Below are positions 54,542-63,393 of a stretch of 64,000 bases of DNA, piece by piece. Position 1 is the first letter of the stretch. Every line of letters starts with the position of its first letter. A program made the translations under genes and the position numbers. The stretch covers positions 736,001 through 800,000 of the forward strand of contig OY970342.1 of the NCBI GenBank assembly GCA_963717505.1, read 5' to 3'. The DNA comes from Candidatus Eiseniibacteriota bacterium (GTDB taxonomy: Bacteria; Eisenbacteria; RBG-16-71-46). The notes below the pieces were generated by a model that saw nothing but the letters and a program-made list of their open reading frames with translations, was not told the origin of the DNA and searched no databases.

Positions 54542-56044
54542 GTGCGGCCGCGTCTCGCGATTCCGAGGTGCAACGCCGTAGTGCGCGCAGCCCGGCTCTC
54601 TTTGGGAGCAGCCGGGCTGCTCGTGTGTTCGGCGGCAGCAGAGTCGCGCGCAACTGCGTCGCCTCCGCTCGACGACCAGTATCGATCGGCGGCGGCCCGG
54701 CTGATCGGCGCCGCACTGTCGAGCGACCACGCGTGGCTCCGGCTCTCGCAGCTCTGTGACGGCATCGGACATCGCCTGTCCGGCTCGCCTTCACTCGAGC
54801 GGGCGGTGCGCTGGGCGGAATCGGCCATGAAGGAGGACGGTCTCGAGCGGGTTCGCCTACAGCCCGTGCGCGTCCCGGTGTGGGTGCGCGGCGAGGAGCG
54901 GGCCGAGATGATCCTCCCCCGCCGTCAGCCACTGTCGATGTTGGGGCTCGGTCGCAGCATCGGCACGCCGCCCGGCGGCATCGCCGCCGACGTGGTGGTG
55001 GCCGGCAGTTTCGCCGCACTCGCCGCGATGCCTGACAGCGCGATTCACGGCCGGATCGTGCTGTGGGACGTGCCGTTCACCACCTACGGCGAAACCGTGA
55101 CCTATCGCTCGCGCGGCGCCCACGTCGCCGCACGCCGGGGCGCAGTCGTCTCGCTGGTGCGCTCGATCGGCCCGGTGAGCCTGCGCACGCCGCACACCGG
55201 CGCCATGTCGGCGTACCCGGACACGGTGCCGAAGATCCCGGGTGCGGCGGTGACCATTGAAGACGCGACCATGATCCGCCGGCTGCTCGAGCGTGGGGAG
55301 CGGGTTCGCATTCATCTGGCAATGAACGCCCAAACGTTGCCTGACACGATTTCGCACAACGTGATCGGCGAGATCCGCGGGCGTGTGAAGCCCGAGGAAG
55401 TCGTGGTGGTGGGCGGGCACCTGGACTCGTGGGACGTCGGTTCCGGCGCCCACGACGATGGCGGCGGCTGCGTGATCAGCATGGAAGCCCTGCGCCTGAT
55501 CAAGGCAGCCGGGCTCAAGCCACGACGCACGATTCGCTGCGTGCTATGGACCAATGAGGAGAACGGCGCTCGTGGTGGGGCCGCCTATGCTGATTCGCTG
55601 GGCGGGGCCGTGAGCCGGCACGTCGCCGCCGTGGAATCCGACGGAGGTGTCGAGACCCCGGCTGGTTTCGGCTTCCGGGCGTTCCTGCCCGGCACCGAGA
55701 AGACGGATTCGGTGCGCACCAAGCTGGCCACCACCAAGGCGGCGGAGATCGCCCGTCTGCTCGAGGCGGTTGGCGCCAGCCGCGTGCGCGGCGACGGCGG
55801 TGGCGTCGACATCACGCCGCTCATGAAGAAGGGCGTGCTCGGCATCGGACACCAGACGACCATGGCCCACTATTTCGACTGGCACCACACCGAGTCCGAC
55901 ATGCTCGACAAGGTCGACCCGCTCGCGCTGCGCCAGAACGTCGCGGCGATGGCAGTTCTGCTCTACGTGCTCGCCGACATGCCGGAACCCATCGGCGGCC
56001 CGACGCCGGCCGCCGTCACCGAATCGGAGCCCACCGCCCGCTGA
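54542..56044 (+). CDS. M28 family metallopeptidase (carboxypeptidase Q-like) with PA domain
   Basis: GHRLSGS, PHTG, GGHLDSWD, GAHDDGGG, NEENG, ESDGG, YFDWHHTESD. Confidence 0.92.
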   Translation: MRPRLAIPRCNAVVRAARLSLGAAGLLVCSAAAESRATASPPLDDQYRSAAARLIGAALSSDHAWLRLSQLCDGIGHRLSGSPSLERAVRWAESAMKEDGLERVRLQPVRVPVWVRGEERAEMILPRRQPLSMLGLGRSIGTPPGGIAADVVVAGSFAALAAMPDSAIHGRIVLWDVPFTTYGETVTYRSRGAHVAARRGAVVSLVRSIGPVSLRTPHTGAMSAYPDTVPKIPGAAVTIEDATMIRRLLERGERVRIHLAMNAQTLPDTISHNVIGEIRGRVKPEEVVVVGGHLDSWDVGSGAHDDGGGCVISMEALRLIKAAGLKPRRTIRCVLWTNEENGARGGAAYADSLGGAVSRHVAAVESDGGVETPAGFGFRAFLPGTEKTDSVRTKLATTKAAEIARLLEAVGASRVRGDGGGVDITPLMKKGVLGIGHQTTMAHYFDWHHTESDMLDKVDPLALRQNVAAMAVLLYVLADMPEPIGGPTPAAVTESEPTAR

Positions 56045-56072
56045 GCGGGCCGGTGTGGTATTCCTGCGCCCC

Positions 56073-57677
56073 ATGACCACCCCCCCTCCGATGCTCGAAC
56101 TGCGCGACATCGTCAAGGAGTACGAGGGCAATCGCGTGCTGAAGGGCGTATCGCTGGCGGTTCGGCCGGGGACCATCCACGCGATCGTCGGCGAGAACGG
56201 CGCCGGCAAGTCGACGCTGATGAACATCCTGTTCGGCATGCCGGTGATCCACAGCACCGGTGGATTCAAGGGGCAGGTGCGCCTGGCGGGGGCCGACGTG
56301 AAGTTCGCAGGGCCGGTCGACGCCATGGCCGCCGGCATCGGCATGGTCCATCAGGAGTTCATGCTGATCCCGGGTTTCACCGTGGCGGAGAACATCAAAC
56401 TCAACCGCGAGCCGACCCGGCCCAATCTGTTCTCCCGTGTATTCGGACGCAAGCTCGAGACCTTCGACCGAGACCGCGCCGGCAAGGACGCGCGCATCGC
56501 GCTCGACCACGTCCACCTGAACGTCGACGAGTGGCTGCCGGTGGCCGGCATGCCGGTCGGGCACATGCAGTTCATCGAGATCGCGCGCGAGGTCGACAAG
56601 AAGAACGTCAAGCTGATCATCTTCGACGAGCCCACCGCCGTGCTCACCGAGAGCGAGGCGAACAATCTGCTCGGCGTCATGCGCACGCTCGCCAGCGAGG
56701 GGATGAGCATGTTGTTCATCACTCACCGGCTCGACGAAGTGCTCGAGGTCGCGGACGACATCACGGTGCTGCGCGACGGCGAGGTGGTGGGCCAGCCCGA
56801 TCCCAAGACCACGACCACCCTCCGTCTGGCCGAGCTGATGGTCGGTCGCCCCGCGAACGTCGGAAAGCGCGACCGGGCGGTCGCGAGCACCGGGAAGCCA
56901 GCGCTCGAGGTCCGCGACCTCGAAGTCGACATGCCGGGCGAGCGCGTCGAGGGCGTGAGCTTCGCGATCGACAAGGGCGAGATCCTCGGCCTCGCCGGCC
57001 TCGCGGGCCACGGCAAGGTCGGCGTCGCGAACGGACTCATGGGACTCTATCCGGCGCGCGGCACCGTGCTGAAGAACGGCGTGCCGCTGGCACTCAACGA
57101 CACCGCTGCCGCGATTCGCGCCGGCATGGCGTTCGTCTCCGAAGATCGCCGCGGCGTCGGCATCCTGCCCGACGAGAGCATCGAGCTGAACATCGTGCTG
57201 ACCGCGCTGGAGGCGCAGAACCGCTTCCTGAGGCCCGGGCCGATCCCGGCGCTGCGCATGCTCGACGGCCCGGCGGTGCGCCGGCATGCGCGCACGATGA
57301 TTCAGCAGCTCGACGTCCGCTGCACGGGGCCGCGCCAGCACATCCGCCGACTGTCGGGCGGCAACCAGCAGAAGGTCTGCCTGGCGCGCGCCATCACGCT
57401 CGAACCCGATCTGATGCTGGTCTCCGAACCGACGCGCGGCATCGACATCGGCGCCAAGGAGCTGGTGCTCGACATCCTGCGCAAGCTCAACCGCGAGCGA
57501 GGCCTGACGCTGCTCGTGACCTCATCGGAGCTGGCCGAGTTGCGCGCGATTTGTCACCGAATAGCGATCGTCTACCACGGCCGGATCGAGGCGATCCTCG
57601 AGCCCGACGCCAGCGACGCGCAGTTCGGTTTGGCGATGGCCGGCGAACTGCAGACGCACGGGGCCCATCGTGGCTGA
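56073..57677 (+). CDS. Sugar-type (CUT2) ABC transporter ATP-binding protein, two NBDs
   Basis: GENGAGKST, DEPT, LSGGNQQK, EPTRGID. Confidence 0.95.
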   Translation: MTTPPPMLELRDIVKEYEGNRVLKGVSLAVRPGTIHAIVGENGAGKSTLMNILFGMPVIHSTGGFKGQVRLAGADVKFAGPVDAMAAGIGMVHQEFMLIPGFTVAENIKLNREPTRPNLFSRVFGRKLETFDRDRAGKDARIALDHVHLNVDEWLPVAGMPVGHMQFIEIAREVDKKNVKLIIFDEPTAVLTESEANNLLGVMRTLASEGMSMLFITHRLDEVLEVADDITVLRDGEVVGQPDPKTTTTLRLAELMVGRPANVGKRDRAVASTGKPALEVRDLEVDMPGERVEGVSFAIDKGEILGLAGLAGHGKVGVANGLMGLYPARGTVLKNGVPLALNDTAAAIRAGMAFVSEDRRGVGILPDESIELNIVLTALEAQNRFLRPGPIPALRMLDGPAVRRHARTMIQQLDVRCTGPRQHIRRLSGGNQQKVCLARAITLEPDLMLVSEPTRGIDIGAKELVLDILRKLNRERGLTLLVTSSELAELRAICHRIAIVYHGRIEAILEPDASDAQFGLAMAGELQTHGAHRG

Positions 57678-58758
57678 CGCGACGCCGGCCGCCAGAGCGA
57701 CCGAGACCGATCGAACGCCGCTGATCCAGGCGGCTCGCGAATACTTCGCGGAAATCGGCATCGCCCGGGTGCTGATCGCCGTCTTCCTCCTGGCCTTGTT
57801 CGTCGTGGCGGTGATCAAGAAGATGGACGTACCGGGCCTGCTGACCGATTCCTTGCTGCGCGTCGGGCGCAACGGCCTGCTGGTGCTCGCGCTGTTGCCC
57901 GCGGTCCAGGGTGGCGTCGGCCTCAACTTCGGCCTGCCGCTCGGCATCGTGTGCGGACTGGTGGGCTTGGTCACCGTGATGAACGCGTCGTTGACCGGAT
58001 GGACAGGCCTCGCGGCCGCCGCGGGCATCGGCGGCCTGATCGCGGTGCCGGTCGGCCTCGCCTACGGCTGGCTGCTCAACCGCACGCGTGGCCAGGAGAT
58101 GATGGTCGGCACGTATCTGGGCTTTGCCGCGGTATCCGGCATGTCGATCTTCTGGCTGCTCGCTCCGTACCACAATCCGCTGCTGGTGCTGGCGATCGGC
58201 GGCAAGGGCCTGCGCACAACGCTGACGCTGACCAAATACTTCGACCGCATCCTGGATCGCCTGTGGTCGTTCGAGATCGCGGGCGTCACGATACCGACCG
58301 GAACCCTGTTGGTGTTCGCGGCCGCCTGCGTCCTGGTCGGTCTGTTCTTTCGCACGCGAGCGGGCATCACCATTTCCGCCGCGCGCAGCAATCCGCGCTT
58401 CGCGAGCGCTTCGGGCATTTCCGACGAGCAGACCCGGATCCAGGCCACCGTGTTCTCCACCGTGCTCGGCGCGGTCGGAATCGTGCTGTTCGCCCAGTCG
58501 TACGGATTCGTCCAGCTCTACACGGCACCGCTGCTGATGGCGTTCCCCGCGGTCGCATGTCTCTTGATCGGCGGCGCCTCGGTGTCGCGGGCCACGCTCA
58601 CCCACGTCCTGATCGGCACGTTCCTCTTTCAGTCGATTCTGACCGTGGCGCTGCCGGTGACCAGCCAGGTGATCCAGGGCGACATCTCAGAGACCGCGCG
58701 GCTCATCATCCAGAACGGCATGATCCTCTACGCGCTGACGCGCAAGATCGATCGATGA
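57670..58758 (+). CDS. ABC transporter permease
   Basis: Multi-TM protein, GLNFGLPLG, QSYGF, SETARLII; overlaps the ATPase stop. Confidence 0.9.
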   Translation: MADATPAARATETDRTPLIQAAREYFAEIGIARVLIAVFLLALFVVAVIKKMDVPGLLTDSLLRVGRNGLLVLALLPAVQGGVGLNFGLPLGIVCGLVGLVTVMNASLTGWTGLAAAAGIGGLIAVPVGLAYGWLLNRTRGQEMMVGTYLGFAAVSGMSIFWLLAPYHNPLLVLAIGGKGLRTTLTLTKYFDRILDRLWSFEIAGVTIPTGTLLVFAAACVLVGLFFRTRAGITISAARSNPRFASASGISDEQTRIQATVFSTVLGAVGIVLFAQSYGFVQLYTAPLLMAFPAVACLLIGGASVSRATLTHVLIGTFLFQSILTVALPVTSQVIQGDISETARLIIQNGMILYALTRKIDR

Positions 58759-59858
58759 GCGACCGCGCTCCGGCGACACCCGCGCGCGCTACGCCGGCAG
58801 CGGCCACGTGGTCGTTGATCGCCCGGTTCGCCGTGCCGCTGCTGTTCCTGGTGCTGTGCGTGTTCGGAATCTTCGCGGCCCGCATCACCCCCGAGTTCCT
58901 GGTGCGCGAGATGCTCGCTCGCTTCGCGCGCAACAGCCTGCTGGTGCTGTCGCTACTGATCCCGATTCTGGCCGGCCTCGGACTCAACTTCGGCATCGTG
59001 ATCGGGGCGATGGCCGGGCAGATCGGCGCGATCCTCGTCAGCTACTGGGGAATCAAGGGCATTCTGGGATTCGCCGTCGCCTGCCTGGTCGCCGTGCCGT
59101 TCGGCATCGCGTTCGGGTTCGCCACCGGCTGGCTGTTCAATCGCGCCAAAGGCCGCGAGATGGTCACCGGCCTGATCGCGGGGTTCTTCGCCAACGGCCT
59201 CTACCAGCTCGTGTTCCTGTTCGCGATCGGCACGCTGATCCCGTTCGCCAACGAACAGATGGTCTTGCCCCAGGGCTTTGGCCTGCGCAACACCATCGAC
59301 CTGACCGGCATCCAGTACGCGGTCGACGACCTGATCCCGTTCGCGCTCATGGTCGAAGGCTCACGGGTGCGGGTGCCGATCGCCACCATCTTGGTGATCG
59401 CGGCGTTCTGCGCGTTCAACCTGTTCTTCCTGCGCACCAAGCTCGGCCAGGAGCTGCGCGCGATGGGCCAGGACCCGCACGTCGCCGGCACCGCGGGCAT
59501 TCCGGTCGAGCGCAATCGCTTGATCGCGACCGTGTTCTCGACCGTGTTCGCAGCCTGGGGCCAGCTTTTGTTCCTGCAGAACCTGGGCACCTTCAATACC
59601 TACAGCTCGCACGAGCAGGTCGGCATGTTCTCGATCGCGGCCCTGCTGGTGTCGGGGGCGACCGTGTCGCGCGCGACGGTGCCGCAAGCATTGATCGGCA
59701 CCATCTTGTTTCACACGTTGTTCGTGGTGTCGCCGCTCGCCGGCAAGGCGCTGGCCGGCGACGCCCAGATCGGCGAATACTTCCGCGTGTTCGTCGCCTA
59801 CGCGGTGATCACCGTGGCGCTAGTGCTGCACGCTTGGCAGAAGAGCCGGAAGGGTTAG
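58755..59858 (+). CDS. ABC transporter permease
   Basis: True start is ATG 58755 (ATGA overlap). GLGLNFGIVIGAMAGQ, TKLGQ, YSSHEQVGMF, GEYFRVF. Confidence 0.9.
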   Translation: MSDRAPATPARATPAAATWSLIARFAVPLLFLVLCVFGIFAARITPEFLVREMLARFARNSLLVLSLLIPILAGLGLNFGIVIGAMAGQIGAILVSYWGIKGILGFAVACLVAVPFGIAFGFATGWLFNRAKGREMVTGLIAGFFANGLYQLVFLFAIGTLIPFANEQMVLPQGFGLRNTIDLTGIQYAVDDLIPFALMVEGSRVRVPIATILVIAAFCAFNLFFLRTKLGQELRAMGQDPHVAGTAGIPVERNRLIATVFSTVFAAWGQLLFLQNLGTFNTYSSHEQVGMFSIAALLVSGATVSRATVPQALIGTILFHTLFVVSPLAGKALAGDAQIGEYFRVFVAYAVITVALVLHAWQKSRKG

Positions 59859-60114
59859 CATAGCCACAGCCAAGCTACGCGTTGCTCGCCCTACTCCAGC
59901 AGCGTATCTTCGCGGCCGCCTCCGCAATCCCCAACCGCCGGAGTGACCTTATGGGATCGTGTACCGCCCCCGTGTATGCCGACCGCCCGTGAGGAGCGTG
60001 CTCATTTCTCCGGCGGCGCGCTCGCAGCCTATCCGGTCCAGACCGCGTGGCCGGCCAGCCCCCAAACCACATCCATGAGGGACTTTGCCCTCGACAGGAC
60101 TCGCTCGAGATCGG

Positions 60115-60168
60115 ACCTGTGCTGCGCAGCGTATGCAGTACCAGAGTTCCTTCGCATTCTTGTTAGGC
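60115..60168 (+). mobile_element. Putative integron attI-like recombination site (core GTTAGGC at 60162-60168)
   Basis: GTTRRRY core just upstream of the first cassette-like ORF, with no matching RYYYAAC hairpin. GCAGC(G/C)TAT occurs three times upstream (near 59899, 60024, 60126). Confidence 0.45.
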
Positions 60169-60207
60169 AGCAAACACGTTGCGTGTTGCCAAAGAGGGAG
60201 GGTCGCC

Positions 60208-60687
60208 ATGAGCCTGAATTCGAGAGCGTCGTTGCTGGTGCTTTGTTTACTGGGGGCAACGGAAGTCGACGGTCAGGAAGCCGTCACCGCACTTGACCGT
60301 ACTCTTTCGAAGACCCACATGCGACAAGACACCACTTCCGTCGCGATCGCCGACGCGCCAGTGCAAGCATTCCCTCCGACGACGATTCAGTGTGGAAAGC
60401 AGAGTTGCACGGTGAGGGTTGAGGTCTCCAGCCAGTTTGTCAACGTCACTTCCGGGAACGCCGTTAGACTGCATGTCAAAGCGGATGGCGCCCCATTCCC
60501 AGTCACAGGATTTGAAATCGATGGCGGAATCAACAGACCGGTGGCGCATCTCACCACGGTGTCATTACTGAAGAGCGATCTCAGTCCAGGACCACACACC
60601 ATATCGGTGGCCTTTGATATGCGAACGCCGGGTGGCAAAGCGGAGGCGTGCATTCGTACATTGACCATTCAGGTGTTTACACCTTAA
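60208..60687 (+). CDS. Hypothetical secreted beta-rich protein (cassette-like)
   Basis: GAGGGAGG RBS, ATG 60208, hydrophobic N-terminus, visibly lower GC than the flanks. Confidence 0.65.
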   Translation: MSLNSRASLLVLCLLGATEVDGQEAVTALDRTLSKTHMRQDTTSVAIADAPVQAFPPTTIQCGKQSCTVRVEVSSQFVNVTSGNAVRLHVKADGAPFPVTGFEIDGGINRPVAHLTTVSLLKSDLSPGPHTISVAFDMRTPGGKAEACIRTLTIQVFTP

Positions 60688-60717
60688 ACAATCCAGAACT
60701 CGCAGTGGAGCGGATCG

Positions 60718-61341
60718 ATGGACATTCGCGAAAGCTACGACTCGGCCGCGGCGGCGTACGCTGAACACCTATCAGACGAGCTCACGCGCAAGCCACTCGA
60801 CCGGCATCTCTTGAATCGGTTTGCGGAAGAGACTCGTGGCCGCGGTCTCGTCGCCGATCTCGGCTGTGGGCCTGGGCATGTTGCCCGGTATCTGAGCCAG
60901 CAAGGCGTCACGATCCTTGGGATCGACTTTTCCGCGAAGATGGTCGCAGTGGCCCAGAGCCTGAATCCCGATCTCGACTTTCGCGTCGAAGACATGAGAA
61001 GCCTCAACGTGAGAGACGCAAGTCTCGCCGGAGTGGTAATGTTCTATTCCATCGTGCACTTCGACTTGACCGAACTCCCGCCAGTTTTTCGGGAAGCGCG
61101 ACGGGTCCTAATGCCTGGTGGCTTGGCGCTTGTCTCTTTTCATATGGGCGAGCAGATCGTCCACAAGGATGACCTATTCGGCGCTCCGGTCTCACTGGAC
61201 TTTCGGTGTCACACTCCGGAGAACATCGTCGAGGCTCTCCGGTCGGCCAATCTCGCGGTCATCGAGCAGGTTCATCGCGAGCCTTATGACGGAACCGAGT
61301 ATCCAAGCCGCAGGTGCTACCTTGTCGCGCGAGCTGCCTAA
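60718..61341 (+). CDS. Class I SAM-dependent methyltransferase (gene cassette)
   Basis: ADLGCGPG, GIDFS, FYSIVH, LMPGG. The TAA stop lies inside the attC GCCTAAC. Confidence 0.92.
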   Translation: MDIRESYDSAAAAYAEHLSDELTRKPLDRHLLNRFAEETRGRGLVADLGCGPGHVARYLSQQGVTILGIDFSAKMVAVAQSLNPDLDFRVEDMRSLNVRDASLAGVVMFYSIVHFDLTELPPVFREARRVLMPGGLALVSFHMGEQIVHKDDLFGAPVSLDFRCHTPENIVEALRSANLAVIEQVHREPYDGTEYPSRRCYLVARAA

Positions 61342-61395
61342 CAGCAACATGCAGCGGACGACGCTCCGCGCCGCCGGTGATGCTGACCGTTCGGC
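61336..61395 (+). mobile_element. Integron attC site (60 bp)
   Basis: GCCTAAC-AGCAA-CATGCAGC...GGTGATG-CTGACC-GTTCGGC: R'' and R' boxes, L boxes with an extrahelical G, central imperfect hairpin. Confidence 0.82.
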
Positions 61396-61437
61396 GTCCG
61401 TAATGCATATCAACGATCGTAAGAAGGGTCACCAAGG

Positions 61438-62019
61438 ATGCGCAAACTCATCGTCTGCAACATCGTCTCGCTCGACGGCTATTACTCCGGCCCGGGCGGA
61501 GACGTCATGGCCATGCCGTTCGACAACGGCTTCTCCGACTACAACGCGGAACGGCTCCGGGCGGCCGACACGCTGCTACTCGGGCGCAAGTCGTACGAGG
61601 GCTTCCGGTCTTACTGGCCCGCGATCGCCGAGGACGTGAGCCAGCCGGCTGTGGAGCGCGAGATCTCGCGTCTCAACGCCGCCATCGAGAAGGTCGTGGT
61701 CTCGAACAGCCTGAAGCCGGACGAAGTCGAGGGATGGGGCCCGACCCGCGTCGTGCGGCGCGCGGACGCGCACGCCGAGATCGCCGCACTCAAGGAAGGT
61801 CCGGGTCGGGAGATCCTGATGTTCGGCAGTCACGTCCTCTGGAACGACCTGCTCGCCAACAACTTGGTCGACGAGCTGCACTTGATGATCGGTGCCGGCG
61901 TGGTCGGCGAGGGCGTGCGGGCGTTCGAGACGCGGCCACCTGGCTCACTCCGCCTGCTTGACACCCGCTCCTTCGACGGCTCGAGCCTGCTCCTGGCCCG
62001 GTACGCCGTCGAGCGCTGA
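61438..62019 (+). CDS. Dihydrofolate reductase / RibD C-terminal family protein (gene cassette)
   Basis: VSLDGY, LLLGRKSYE, KVVVSNSL, LVDELHL, GEGVRAF. Confidence 0.9.
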   Translation: MRKLIVCNIVSLDGYYSGPGGDVMAMPFDNGFSDYNAERLRAADTLLLGRKSYEGFRSYWPAIAEDVSQPAVEREISRLNAAIEKVVVSNSLKPDEVEGWGPTRVVRRADAHAEIAALKEGPGREILMFGSHVLWNDLLANNLVDELHLMIGAGVVGEGVRAFETRPPGSLRLLDTRSFDGSSLLLARYAVER

Positions 62020-62043
62020 CTGCCGGTGCACGATGAGGCGTAC

Positions 62044-62098
62044 GCCTAACAATTCATTCAAGGCGACGCCCGGCCCGCAGTGTCGAATGTCGTTGGGC
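62044..62098 (+). mobile_element. Degenerate integron attC site (55 bp)
   Basis: GCCTAACAATTCATTCAAG left arm (classic attC start) and GTTGGGC right core; the inner right arm pairs poorly. Confidence 0.7.
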
Positions 62099-62111
62099 GT
62101 GCCCGGCCCCC

Positions 62112-62558
62112 TCAAGCGCCCCGCGTGTAGACGTCCGGGTCCCAGCGCTCCATCCAGCGGTCCGGCTTGGCAATCGCCGTCCAGCCGGTCTTCGCATAGA
62201 GCTCGTGCGCGTCGCGGGTGAGCAGGATCCAGCGCCTGAGCCCCTGTAGATCGGGATGGGCGACGACGCACTCCATGAGCCAGACACTGAGCCCACGACC
62301 TCGGTGCTCGGGGAGTACGAACACGTCGCCGAGATAGGCGACCGTCGCGCGATCCGAGACGACGCGAGCGAAGCCGATCTGCCGGCTCCCGGCGAGCAGG
62401 CTGAACGGGATCGACTGTTCGATCGAACGCCGCACGACGTTACGCGGGATCCCCTTGGCCCAGTAAGACTCGACCAGGAAGCCGTGGACCATGTCGAGGT
62501 CGACACGGTCGGGATCGGTGGTGACGAGGTATTCGCCGCGCTGCCATTCCTGGAGCAT
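62112..62558 (-). CDS. GNAT family N-acetyltransferase
   Basis: SYWAKGI, QIGFARVVSD, DVFVLPEHRGRGLS, TRDAHELY. Start at 62558 or 62570. Confidence 0.92.
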   Translation of the reverse strand: MLQEWQRGEYLVTTDPDRVDLDMVHGFLVESYWAKGIPRNVVRRSIEQSIPFSLLAGSRQIGFARVVSDRATVAYLGDVFVLPEHRGRGLSVWLMECVVAHPDLQGLRRWILLTRDAHELYAKTGWTAIAKPDRWMERWDPDVYTRGA

Positions 62559-62577
62559 GGTCGCGATCATAGCAACG

Positions 62578-62602
62578 GCGGCGGGGAAATCCCCACCGCC
62601 GC
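62578..62602 (-). terminator. GC-rich hairpin, probable terminator after the Spy/CpxP gene
   Basis: GCGGCGGGG-AAAT-CCCCACCGCCGC. Confidence 0.5.
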
Positions 62603-62636
62603 GTCCAGGCCTCGATGAAATCTGAATCCCTTCGAT

Positions 62637-63311
62637 CTACGTGTCGCCGCCCTCGCCTTGCGTCGGGGGCGTCGGGGCGCGCATCTTGCGCGATCCACTG
62701 CTTCTCGCTTCCTTCAACTTCTGCTTCTGCTCCGGCGTCAGGACCGACCGCATCTCGATCCGGCTGCCGACGCGCGACTTCTCGAGGTCGGCGCGCATCC
62801 TCGCCATCCGATCGATCTGGGCGTTGATCTTGGCGACGTCGGCATTGTCCTCGCGCGTCAACGCGCGCAGGTCCATGCGCGCGATGTCGAGATCAGCCTT
62901 GGTCTTGATCGCCTGCCGCTGCTGCCGGTCAGCGATGTCGCGCATCTTGGTGCGCTGGGCTTCCGTCAGGTCGAGGTCCGCGGCCAGCATGCCCATGCGA
63001 TGGGCACGATGGCGCATTCCGCGGAACCCGTGTCCGCGATGCATCATGACGCGCTCGGCGCGGGGCGCCTCCGGCGTGTACGCCAGCACGTCATCGTCGA
63101 GTTCCATGTCGAGCGCCAACGGATCGATCTCCTCCTCCCACACCGGCAAGTCGGCCAACGGCGCGAGAGCGGGAACCGGCGCCACGGCGGGTGTCGCCGG
63201 GGTCCACGACACCGGTGGCGCCGGAGGCGCCGGTGGCGTCGGAGCCTGGGCTCCGACCGCGGCCGCCCCGACGATTGTTGCGGCCACGACTGCGATGGTG
63301 ATGCGCTTCAT
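62637..63311 (-). CDS. Spy/CpxP (LTXXQ) family periplasmic protein
   Basis: Signal peptide MKRITIAVV, Pro-rich linker, His/Met-rich patch, LDLTEAQ and VLTPEQ motifs. Confidence 0.85.
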   Translation of the reverse strand: MKRITIAVVAATIVGAAAVGAQAPTPPAPPAPPVSWTPATPAVAPVPALAPLADLPVWEEEIDPLALDMELDDDVLAYTPEAPRAERVMMHRGHGFRGMRHRAHRMGMLAADLDLTEAQRTKMRDIADRQQRQAIKTKADLDIARMDLRALTREDNADVAKINAQIDRMARMRADLEKSRVGSRIEMRSVLTPEQKQKLKEARSSGSRKMRAPTPPTQGEGGDT

Positions 63312-63393
63312 GGTTTCACCTCGTGTTTCCGGGTACCGCCCGGATGCGGTCGGGACCATCGGGGCCCGCGGTTTGAGCCAGGGATCTCATGGT

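Noticed and set aside
57951-58754. N-terminal extension of the 635-aa permease ORF
   Set aside because: Off-frame overlap with the first permease; the real start is ATG 58755.
59875-60072. Small minus-strand ORF next to the putative attI as a possible integrase remnant
   Set aside because: No tyrosine-recombinase or IntI motifs (RHY, HxLRHSFATH, TTxIYTH) recognised.
61438-62019. Cassette as a dfr trimethoprim-resistance gene
   Set aside because: The sequence fits the RibD_C/DHFR-like family (SLDGY, GRKSYE) rather than DfrA (IG...IPW); resistance cannot be claimed.
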